The notes beneath the pieces were generated by a model that searched no databases, was not told the origin of the DNA, and worked only from the letters and a program-made list of their open reading frames with translations. Both the position numbers and the translations under genes were made by a program. From NCBI GenBank assembly GCA_048885925.1, contig JBHLLG010000016.1, positions 1-58,071 of the forward strand: a DNA stretch of 58,071 nucleotides, in the 5' to 3' direction. This document shows, in pieces, positions 1-8,678 of this stretch. Position 1 is the first letter of the stretch, and each line of letters opens with the position of its first letter. The DNA is from Candidatus Hermodarchaeota archaeon. Its GTDB lineage: Archaea; Asgardarchaeota; Lokiarchaeia; Sigyniarchaeales; SOKP01.

Positions 1-1317
1 AGAAGAATACTTAAGGATGAGATAGGTAGAAGAATTGATAGCGGTAATGAGATTGTTATTAAATATCTAATCAAGCAAAACTTTCTTGATTTGTTAGATA
101 ATGAAGAATTCTTAAGTTTATTATATGATAGCAATGACAAATTAAAAGACCACTTTCAAAATATTTTTGTTGATAGAAGAAATTTTGAAGATTTTGTTGT
201 TCCACTATTACTTAAAATTATAACACTTGATGAGAAAAATATATTTCAAAGTTATAGATCTTTTGGTTCAAATTTAATTTGTCAGTTATTATACCAATTT
301 CAAGAGTTATACAAAAAATATAGAGCATCTAATCTCAAGAATTGGATTCCATACAAGAAAATAGTCGAATATCTTGGACGTTTCAATACTAATTTAAAAT
401 TAAAGTGTTTTAGAGGAGTATTAATACCACCATCAGAAGTATCATTATTAAAAGAAATTGAAAGACAAATATATTATCCTTTCAATAAATCTCATGGAAG
501 GTTCAAACAGGTCAAAGAATTTGCATATAACCCTCAAAAAGCTCAAGATTGGAAATTTAATATTGAATATATATGGGGGGAAGAAGATGCTCAGTTTGTT
601 GTCCATAATAATCATGTAGAGACTGTTGCTTTCCGAGATATAAATGAATGTGGCGTTTGCTATAATAAAGATGAAGGGTGGTATCCTGATTTAGATGAGT
701 GTAATAAATGTGGACTTGAATATATACCTGAGAGTCTCAAATCGATGAATTATCTTAAAAATTTATTTATTTACGGAAGTAGAGAACATTTAGTTTTAGA
801 TTTTCCTAAGATGAGCAATGAATTAAAAGATTTATCCTTATTATTGATTAATGGAATATGGATTAGAGATTTAGAGAATCTTATTGATAAATTACCAGCA
901 CTAAAGGCTCTGGATCTCAGTAAGAACAATTTAGAATCTATTCCTAATAATATATATCATCTTAACTCCTTAGAGTATCTGATAATGGATAAAAATAAAA
1001 TAAAGATTTTTTCAGAGCTCATTGGAAACTTGAGATCACTTCGATTATTATCTCTAAGTAAAAACTTGATTGCTTATTTGCCAAAAAGTATAGGAAATTT
1101 ACAATTCCTTGAAATTTTGAATTTAAGTTATAATAACATTAATTCTTTACCTGATTCAATAGGTAATTTAAATAGTCTTAAATTACTTGATTTGAGTTAT
1201 AATCATATAGACTCATTTCCAAAATCATTAGACAAAATCAATTCTCTAAAAAAAGTAATTCTAAAAGGTAATAATTTAACTGAAATACCTAAATCTAACT
1301 TTGAAATTATTACTTAA
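1..1317 (+). CDS. Leucine-rich-repeat protein, 5'-truncated by the window edge
   Basis: Frame is open from base 1 (RRILKDEIGRRIDSGNEIVIKYL...), so TTG at 91 is probably internal. C-terminal tandem ~23-aa LRRs (LxxLxLSxNxIxxLPxSIGNL). Confidence 0.9.
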   Translation, partial: RRILKDEIGRRIDSGNEIVIKYLIKQNFLDLLDNEEFLSLLYDSNDKLKDHFQNIFVDRRNFEDFVVPLLLKIITLDEKNIFQSYRSFGSNLICQLLYQFQELYKKYRASNLKNWIPYKKIVEYLGRFNTNLKLKCFRGVLIPPSEVSLLKEIERQIYYPFNKSHGRFKQVKEFAYNPQKAQDWKFNIEYIWGEEDAQFVVHNNHVETVAFRDINECGVCYNKDEGWYPDLDECNKCGLEYIPESLKSMNYLKNLFIYGSREHLVLDFPKMSNELKDLSLLLINGIWIRDLENLIDKLPALKALDLSKNNLESIPNNIYHLNSLEYLIMDKNKIKIFSELIGNLRSLRLLSLSKNLIAYLPKSIGNLQFLEILNLSYNNINSLPDSIGNLNSLKLLDLSYNHIDSFPKSLDKINSLKKVILKGNNLTEIPKSNFEIIT

Positions 1318-1349
1318 AATAATTTAAAAAAATTAAAAAAAATTAGTTA

Positions 1350-2819
1350 TTATTTCTTTGTTTTTTTAGCTTCTATCTTTTTGATTATAATAGACTCTGC
1401 ATGGATCTTACAGTTTTTAAGGATAACTTTAAAGCCTCCCGCTCCACCGACGCCGGGAATTGTCATTCCTATAGTTCCCATTGGAACCATCGCGCCTTCT
1501 TCTTCATATTCCTCTTCTGCTTCTTCTATTCCACCAACAGCTGCTTTGTATTCGTCAGTTTTTACAATTGGATGTCCCACTTTTTCCAACCATGCTGGCA
1601 ATTGACTTAATTCGTTAACATCTTCTTCGGTAGCAATCTTATCCCTTAAATCTTCTGGAAGAAATTCTACTACACGGTCCTTAACAGATTTCGCCATCCA
1701 AACTACCAACTCAATCCCCTTTTCTATTCCTACTTGTATTGCATCATAAATCTGGAACTTTGGGCTTATAATATACTGAATACTAATTCCATTAAAACCG
1801 GGCATTTGTATTGGCTTTTTTACCTAATTGGTAAAAAAATTGCCACCCCCGGTTTGGTTTGCCATCGCACTAAAAGGTAATCCATTTATCGCTACATCAC
1901 CATAACTCCTATCAACGATACCATGTCCAATACCTGTTTCTGGAATGAGAAAATCGATCGCTTCAAAACAACCACATGAAGTGTGTGGGAATTCCATTCC
2001 TGAATATAGGTAAATGCGATTAATTTCTCCTAAAGAACGTTTCTTTATCATTTCATTAATCCCTGTATATTCTCCGGCTTCTTTATTGACAGTTTCACCC
2101 ATGGGAACTTCAAAAAGTGGCCCTTTCGGATCAACGCGTGCAGCCGCTCGAGCATCAAACCATGAAATCGAACCACATAAACTCATACGATTTGGCGTAA
2201 TACAACATGCATGTGTAGGGGCAAATGATTGGCATAAAACACAACCGTAGAACATATCAACATCATCATCGTTGATGCTTCGGGCTCTTTCGTCTCTCTT
2301 ATTATAGATCTGTAATGCAAAATCATATGGTTCCTTTATTTTATTAGGATCTGTATAAAATGTAACTTGTGCTTTTTTTATAATTGGAAGTTCAGCTTTA
2401 TACAATCTTATTAGAATTGTCCCAAGCATATTGAAAGAATTAAACCCTTTCTCGAAAGCAGTTTTGGAAATCCGCATCCAATTAGTATATCGTTGATTTA
2501 AATGCATTATTCCATTCACAAAATTACAGAATTCATGTACTCTCCTTTCGAATACAGCTTCTAAATCTTCTTCTAATTCAGGACCAGCCACTTCTACCAA
2601 AATCCCTATTGGATGTGTAGAGCCTTCTTCCATATCTTTGAGATCAGGTCCTATAAGTATTATCTTTCCATCTTCAATTTCTTTGTCCTTTTTCACACGC
2701 ACGAGCTCAAAATGCCGTTCCATTTTTGGACCGCCAAGTTCGACTTGCATTTGGTTTCCTCGAATTCTTTCACCCTCGTATACGGGTCCAACATCTACAG
2801 GCATATCTGCAAAACTCAT
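1350..2819 (-). CDS. cdhC: Acetyl-CoA decarbonylase/synthase beta subunit, predicted spliced: join(2819..1840,1809..1350), 479 aa
   Basis: Motifs VGPVYEGERIR, FYGCVLCQSFAP, PHTSCGCFE, then PGFxGISIxY..SPKF, an acidic linker and a KVILKNCKIHAE tail. The ORFs 1824..2819 and 1350..1805 are in the same frame, separated by one TAG inside a 30-nt insert. Confidence 0.93.
1810..1839 (-). other. Candidate 30-nt bulge-helix-bulge intron in cdhC mRNA
   Basis: Minus strand reads AAACCGGGGG-TGGC-AA^T-TTTTTTACC-AATTA-GGTAAAAAA-GCCA-AT^A-CAAATG-CCCGGTTT. It has a 4-bp helix TGGC/GCCA, 3-nt bulges AAT and ATA, a 9-bp inner stem and an 8-bp exon-exon stem. Excision gives GGC AAA CAA ATG. Confidence 0.82.
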
Positions 2820-2857
2820 TTCATTTATCTCCTCTTATTTTTTTTATGTTAATTTTT

Positions 2858-3397
2858 TTATAATTTTTCAATTAAACTTTCTAAAAACAATTTCCAATCT
2901 TCATTACTTAGATTTGGTAAGCTGAATCTAGCATTTGGATGAGAATATTTATCTAGATCAATTGTTTTCACCCAGTTTGTAAAGTTCTTAATCCGAGATA
3001 ATGTCTGAGAGACATAAAATACTAAGTGTCCTCCGAAAATTGCCATAGAATATTGACCTTCTCCATCTAAACCAGCCCAATCTTTATCACATAAACGATC
3101 TGTAATATTGATCAATGCCATATCGTAGAGTTTATCTCCACTAATTTTATCTTTCAAATACATATAGGTATGACCAGTACTGACAATATGACAGTCAATT
3201 TTATTAACTATATCTATATAATAATCAGCGACCTTTTTTCCGTTGAGTTCCCAATTTAGTGATTCAGCGCCAATTACAAAAACTTTTTTGGCTGGGCTTT
3301 TCAAAAAGTTTGCCATCACTGCTGGATCTGAAACAGAAGTTCCCATTTCAGGGCCTGGAATGTTAGCTTTTTGATATGGACGTGCCATTTTACTCAA
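2858..3397 (-). CDS. cdhB: Acetyl-CoA decarbonylase/synthase epsilon subunit
   Basis: PYQKANIPGP N-terminus, WxGLDGEGQY and TIDLDKYSHPNARFSLPN motifs; directly upstream of cdhC. Confidence 0.88.
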   Translation of the reverse strand: MSKMARPYQKANIPGPEMGTSVSDPAVMANFLKSPAKKVFVIGAESLNWELNGKKVADYYIDIVNKIDCHIVSTGHTYMYLKDKISGDKLYDMALINITDRLCDKDWAGLDGEGQYSMAIFGGHLVFYVSQTLSRIKNFTNWVKTIDLDKYSHPNARFSLPNLSNEDWKLFLESLIEKL

Positions 3398-3582
3398 TTT
3401 CCTCTGTTATAATTTTTAGCTAGAACTTTTAAAATAATTGATATAGTTAGAATTATTAAAGACAATTTAAAAAAATTGTTTTTATTAATCTTAAATAGAA
3501 AAAGATGGTTAAAATATAAAAATAGAAATATAAAAAAATTTGCTAATTTGATAGAGATAATACACTTTTTTTTTAAAAGGTT

Positions 3583-5016
3583 TCATTGAAATTTATCAAA
3601 ATTAGGCTTTTTATCTTGCCATGGAGCAATCTCTTCAAAAGCTTTTGAAACTTGTAATACTAGCAATTCTTGGAATCTTTTTCCAACTATCTGTAACCCG
3701 ATTGGTAGGTTACCATTTGTCCATCCACAAGGGATACTTGCAGCTGGATGTCCAGTAAAGTTAAATGGAAACGTAAATGCTTGCCAAGCCGTAGGAACCA
3801 CATCAATTCCATTTATTTGAGATGGGTAGGGAATGCCTAATTCAAAAGCGGGAACTGCCGTTGTTGGAGTGAGAAGTATATCATAATTTTTGAAAGTTTC
3901 AAATATTGATTGATAAAATTGACTTCGAGTTCTCATGGCATCAGGTAAACTTGAGGCTGGAAATTGTAATCCTGCTTCAGCCCATATTACTAAGCCTGGA
4001 TCTAATTTATCTTTCCATTCTTTCAAATAAGGTTTTAATTCATATCCAAATATGATTAACCACATTGTACTAAAAGCCATGGAAGGATCTAATTTCTTAA
4101 ATTTTGCTTCTTCCACTTCCCACCCAAATGATTCAAATTTATGGACTGAATTAACTACTGCATTTTCGACCTCCTTATCAAAAACCTTAGCAAAACCTAA
4201 GTCTAGACTGTAACCAATCTTTAATTTATCTGATTTCTCATTTATATGGTCAGAATACTTAATATGATCTTCTGGTAATGAATGCTCATCTCCCTCAAAT
4301 GGTCCTTTCATAGCATCTAGCATTAATGCTGCGTCAGAAACATATCTTACAATTGGACCAATAACAGAAAATGTTTCATCACTTTGATAAAATTTTGGAT
4401 AAATCGGAACCCTTCTAAAGCTGGGTTTAAGACCATAAACCCCACAAAAGCAAGAAGGATGCCGAATAGAGCCCCCTCCATCCGAACCTTGAGCCAAAGG
4501 CCCCATTCCACAAGCCACTGAGACTGCAGCACCTCCACTAGAACCTCCAGATGTTTTTTTAAGATCCCAGGGATTTGGAGTTACTCCAAATATCAAGTTA
4601 TCAGTAACCCCTTTATAACCAAATTCTGGTGTATTTGTTTTTCCTAAAATTACACAACCAGCATCTTTTAAACGTTTAACGACAATAGCATCATCTTCAG
4701 GAATATGATGTTCATAAATTCTTGAACCGTAAGTAGTTCTCACTCCTTTTATCGGAACTAAATCTTTTATAGAAGTAGGAATCCCGTTTAAAATAGGGAT
4801 TTCTTCATTATTTTTTACTCTTTTATCGGCTTTTTTTGCCATCTCTCTAGCTAAATCAAATGTAGTAGTGCAGTATGCATTAATTAGTGGATTGATTTTT
4901 TCTATCCTTTCAATAATTATTTCAGTTATTTGTTCTGATGATAATTCTTGAGTCTTAATTTTTTTAAGCATTTCAAGGGCAGACATATAGCAAATATCTT
5001 CTTTTTTCGTTTCCAT
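3583..5016 (-). CDS. Amidase-signature family amidase
   Basis: GIPTSIKD, GKTNTPEF, GGSSGG and GSDGGGSIR (Lys-Ser-Ser triad). Confidence 0.93.
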   Translation of the reverse strand: METKKEDICYMSALEMLKKIKTQELSSEQITEIIIERIEKINPLINAYCTTTFDLAREMAKKADKRVKNNEEIPILNGIPTSIKDLVPIKGVRTTYGSRIYEHHIPEDDAIVVKRLKDAGCVILGKTNTPEFGYKGVTDNLIFGVTPNPWDLKKTSGGSSGGAAVSVACGMGPLAQGSDGGGSIRHPSCFCGVYGLKPSFRRVPIYPKFYQSDETFSVIGPIVRYVSDAALMLDAMKGPFEGDEHSLPEDHIKYSDHINEKSDKLKIGYSLDLGFAKVFDKEVENAVVNSVHKFESFGWEVEEAKFKKLDPSMAFSTMWLIIFGYELKPYLKEWKDKLDPGLVIWAEAGLQFPASSLPDAMRTRSQFYQSIFETFKNYDILLTPTTAVPAFELGIPYPSQINGIDVVPTAWQAFTFPFNFTGHPAASIPCGWTNGNLPIGLQIVGKRFQELLVLQVSKAFEEIAPWQDKKPNFDKFQ

Positions 5017-5203
5017 TATAATTAACGTCCTATAGCTGTATTAATAATTTTAAGTCATAGATTTTTCACATAAAGCATTAATATTTAATATAAATATCTT
5101 ATTTTTTTAAATATTATAAATTAGTTTGTCAAAAAAAAAAAAGATTTAGTGCATTATTTCATAAATAAAAAAAATGAATAAATTGAGAGGAGAGGAAAAA
5201 CAA

Positions 5204-5503
5204 ATGTGTGAATTTAAGATAATAAATCAAGCAGATGGATCTCAAATAGCAGAGGATATTTTAGTTTTATCATATACGGATGAAAATGAACTTATTTTTA
5301 AGGATGTGTTGGGAATGGGGGATAAATTAAATTCTGCATTAATATTAGATGTAAATACTCTAAATCAAAAGTGTATTGTACTCCAACATCCATTAATTAA
5401 AGATTTTCTGGATTTAATATTAACTCTAAATACCCAAAACGCTTCTAAAGCTAAAATTGAAGCGTTTATAAAAAAAATTGAAGTTCTAAAAAATTATATA
5501 TAA
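5204..5503 (+). CDS. cooT: CooT-family nickel-binding protein with a C-terminal extension
   Basis: MCE N-terminus after a GAGGAGAGG site, IAEDI and DVLG motifs; near cdhBC. Start at 5204 preferred over 5174. Confidence 0.65.
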   Translation: MCEFKIINQADGSQIAEDILVLSYTDENELIFKDVLGMGDKLNSALILDVNTLNQKCIVLQHPLIKDFLDLILTLNTQNASKAKIEAFIKKIEVLKNYI

Positions 5504-5568
5504 ATTTATCTAGAATTTGTTGACTATTTTGTTAGAACTTTTTAATTAAGTTTTCTTCATAGATAATT

Positions 5569-6426
5569 ATGGACATTAAGTTCTATAATGATATTCACGA
5601 ATTTTATAATCTAGTCTTAGATTTTTTATTGAAAAAAGAAGCTGAAAACAATATACTGCTTTCAATTCTAAGCACATTAAAAATTAATCCTAAACGATAT
5701 GGAGAGGAGAACCCTGTTCTTATAACTGTAAATCAAGATGATGAGATAAAACTTATTTCTCTAAGAACTCCACCATACAATCAAATCATCTCGTATACGA
5801 GAGATCTAAATAATATTGATTTTCTAGTTGATAAACTTCTTCAAAAGGATATTGAAGTCCCTGGAATTTTGGGATTTAAAGAAGGAGTAGAAAAATTTAT
5901 TAATTTATGGTGTGAAAGTAAGAATCTTAAAAGAAAATTGGTAAGAAATGAAAGAATCTACAAATTGGGAAAAGTAGCTGAAGAAACCTTAGGAAATAAA
6001 GTTTTTATTGTAGGAAATGAGAAAAATCAAGCCGTCATTTTAGATTGGGCAAAAAAATTTGTATATGAAGCATTACCTGAAACTAATGAATCTCAGTTAA
6101 ATCGATCTTTAGAAGCTATTAAGGAAGATATTAAGAATAACAAAATCTTTCTATTAAAAGATAATGATAAAATAGTGTCCATGGCACGAAAAGCTGGTAA
6201 AACGCCTAATGGTAATTTAGTGAATCTTGTTTATACACCACCAGAATTAAGAAGAAGGGGATACGCTACTGAGTGTGTTGCCAAGCTTAGCAAGCTTCTT
6301 TTACAAGAGGGGAATAAATTTTGCTTTCTATTAGCGGACTTAATGAATCCAATTTCTAATAGTATTTACCAGAAAATAGGTTATCGTCCTGTAATTGATA
6401 TTGATGAATATAAATTTATAAAGTAG
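5569..6426 (+). CDS. GNAT acetyltransferase (C-terminal GNAT domain)
   Basis: VYTPPELRRRGYA acetyl-CoA motif; NPISNSIYQKIGY. Confidence 0.88.
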   Translation: MDIKFYNDIHEFYNLVLDFLLKKEAENNILLSILSTLKINPKRYGEENPVLITVNQDDEIKLISLRTPPYNQIISYTRDLNNIDFLVDKLLQKDIEVPGILGFKEGVEKFINLWCESKNLKRKLVRNERIYKLGKVAEETLGNKVFIVGNEKNQAVILDWAKKFVYEALPETNESQLNRSLEAIKEDIKNNKIFLLKDNDKIVSMARKAGKTPNGNLVNLVYTPPELRRRGYATECVAKLSKLLLQEGNKFCFLLADLMNPISNSIYQKIGYRPVIDIDEYKFIK

Positions 6427-6504
6427 CAATAAGGATTTTAAAAAATAAAATAAAAAAAAAATTTCGAGAAAGTCTCCTGATTTTCTCCTGAATATTTTTA
6501 GAAT

Positions 6505-6795
6505 TTACTTTTTAGCCCTTTTTGGCGGAAGAATTTCAATCTCAATGGATGAGACATTGCTATTAGTGCCATCAGTATTAGTAATCGTTTCAGTATCAAT
6601 TAGAATTTGGCCGTAACTACTTCCTTTTACAAACTTATTTATTAGGATTTCAGCTACATCCACTGCTCGGGATATTGATCGCCCTCGAGCCAATAATCTA
6701 ACTGGTTTATCATTTAAAACAACCATGGCAGCCATAACATAGCTCATAGATTTCTTTCTGCCAATAAAAACTTTTGAATCATCTTCTTTTGGCAA
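6505..6795 (-). CDS. albA: Alba DNA/RNA-binding protein
   Basis: VFIGRK..MSYV, ARGRSISRAVDVAE and VSSIEI motifs; TTG start after an AGGTGA ribosome-binding site. Confidence 0.95.
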   Translation of the reverse strand: MPKEDDSKVFIGRKKSMSYVMAAMVVLNDKPVRLLARGRSISRAVDVAEILINKFVKGSSYGQILIDTETITNTDGTNSNVSSIEIEILPPKRAKK

Positions 6796-6989
6796 AATCT
6801 ATCACCTTTTCGCTGGTTTTGTTAAATTATTCTTTTTTTTTGTTATATTCTTTTGCTTTCCTTAATTTCAGCTTATCTAAGGTCAAATATCTCTAGATAA
6901 TTAAGATTTATAAACTCAGTATAGGTTTTAATGTTTTGCAATTTCTGATTTTTTTCAACAATAAAATGGTTAACTTAAAACATAGTTTT

Positions 6990-7766
6990 TTAGCGGAATT
7001 TCTCTCTAAAATCTTTGATATATTTCTCTTTATCTTCATGTTCATACCATGCCGACCCAATTTTTTCTAATTCATATGCTTCGCAATAAGATTTATCCGC
7101 CAAATGATTACTACATAACTTTATAGCATTCAGCACTGTTTGATTTTTTGTAAATAGAAATTTAGCCCTAATTAGAGCAACTTTCATCAAATCCTCTTGA
7201 TTTTCTACGATCTGATCTATTAAACCAATTTCTAATGCTTTTTTTACATTTATTTTCTCAGCAAACATTAAAATCTTTTTAGTCCAGGGGATTCCGAGAA
7301 TTCTACTCATTAGCACAATAATGCCTGTACCTGGAAAAACGCCAAGATTTATTTCTGGCATTTGGAAAAAGCTTTCTTTGATGGCAATTCGATAATCAGA
7401 GCAAAGTGCATAGGCGACACCATCACCCATAGCTTTACCATTAATGGCACAGATGACAGGTTTTCCATAATAGAGCAATTCTTGGATAGATGCGGCTGTT
7501 TTTTCATATTCCTTTACGGTTACATGGTCACTTCCATCAATCTCATCAATATCCATTCCTGTAGTAAAAGACGTTCCATTTCCCGTTAATAAAATCCCTC
7601 TTATTTTTTCTGAGTTTTGACAGAACTCAATAGCTTTTTTTAGGTTCTTTGCCATTTCAATTGTTATCGCATTTCCTCTATGAATACGATTCAATTGTAT
7701 GATTCCAAACTTTTTTTTTATTGAAAATTCAATAAAATCTCCAAATACTGTATTTTCTGATGACAT
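6990..7766 (-). CDS. Enoyl-CoA hydratase/isomerase (crotonase) family protein
   Basis: LNR..GNA, FTTGMD, KPVICAING, DYRIA and FQMPE motifs. Confidence 0.88.
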   Translation of the reverse strand: MSSENTVFGDFIEFSIKKKFGIIQLNRIHRGNAITIEMAKNLKKAIEFCQNSEKIRGILLTGNGTSFTTGMDIDEIDGSDHVTVKEYEKTAASIQELLYYGKPVICAINGKAMGDGVAYALCSDYRIAIKESFFQMPEINLGVFPGTGIIVLMSRILGIPWTKKILMFAEKINVKKALEIGLIDQIVENQEDLMKVALIRAKFLFTKNQTVLNAIKLCSNHLADKSYCEAYELEKIGSAWYEHEDKEKYIKDFREKFR

Positions 7767-7785
7767 TTATATTCACTTTTAAGTT

Positions 7786-8565
7786 TTAATACTCCAATTT
7801 ATCTTTAAAATTCTTAATATAATTCTCTTTATCTTCATATTCATACCAGGATGAACCATATTGCTCAATTTCTAAAGCTAAATTATATGATTTATCTGCT
7901 AGGTGGTTACTACATAATTTAATAGCATTTAAAACGGTTTGATTTTTAGTAAAGAGAAATTTTGCTTTATCTAATGCAACTTTCATTAAATCTTCATTTA
8001 TATTTACAATCTGATCTATTAATCCAATATCTAGAGCTTTTTGAGAATCAATCTTTTCAGCCAACATGCACATTTTTTTAGTCCAAGGAATTCCTATTAT
8101 TTTAGAAAAAAATACTAAACACCCAGTACCCGTGAATATTCCAGAAAAGATTTCTGGCATTTGAAAAGTACTCTCTTTAGTGGCGATTCGATAATCACAG
8201 CATGTTGAAAAAACAACACCCTCACCCATAGTTCTTCCATTTATGGCACAAATAGATGGTTTTCCATAATATAGTAACTTACAGATTCTAGCTGCCGTAC
8301 TTTCCAAATATTTTACTGCTTTATGATCGCTGCCATCAATGGCTCCTAAGTCAACTCCTGTACTAAAAGAATTTCCGTTATTTGTTAAAATGACTCCCCT
8401 TACTTTTTCTTCTTTTTGGCAGTAATCTACAGCTTTTTTTAAATTTTCAAATTGTTCAATATCAAATGCATTTGATCTATGAAGTCTGTTAAGTGTTATA
8501 ATTCCAAATCGCTTTTTTACTATGAAATCAATATATTTCCCAAATTGTAAATTGCTAGAAGACAT
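7786..8565 (-). CDS. Crotonase family protein, tandem paralog of 6990-7766
   Basis: FSTGVDL, KPSICAING and FQMPE; shares AKFLFTKNQTVLNAIKLCSNHLADKSY with its neighbour. Confidence 0.88.
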   Translation of the reverse strand: MSSSNLQFGKYIDFIVKKRFGIITLNRLHRSNAFDIEQFENLKKAVDYCQKEEKVRGVILTNNGNSFSTGVDLGAIDGSDHKAVKYLESTAARICKLLYYGKPSICAINGRTMGEGVVFSTCCDYRIATKESTFQMPEIFSGIFTGTGCLVFFSKIIGIPWTKKMCMLAEKIDSQKALDIGLIDQIVNINEDLMKVALDKAKFLFTKNQTVLNAIKLCSNHLADKSYNLALEIEQYGSSWYEYEDKENYIKNFKDKLEY

Positions 8566-8678
8566 AATTTACTTTAATTTTCAATTAATAAAAAACCATA
8601 ATAAATTGATACAATATAAATGAATTATAGAAGATTAAATGTTGATAGAAAGGAAAAAATCTTTTAATTTATTAAAAA

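Noticed and set aside
1350-1805. Independent 151-aa gene
   Set aside because: Its ATG is the Met of the internal KQMPGF motif of CdhC.
1824-1826. Pyrrolysine or amber readthrough of the cdhC TAG
   Set aside because: Readthrough would add 10 residues inside a conserved motif, and no pyl genes are in the window. BHB excision explains the sequence exactly. Not formally excluded.
1810-1842. MITE or IS scar with a CAAT target duplication, or a simple pseudogene
   Set aside because: The CAAT copies (1842-1839 and 1813-1810) are 29 nt apart, so removing one would frameshift. Both gene halves are otherwise intact.
3583-5016. gatA call for the amidase
   Set aside because: No gatB/gatC neighbours, and the SDGGGSIR/PEFG pattern fits general amidases.
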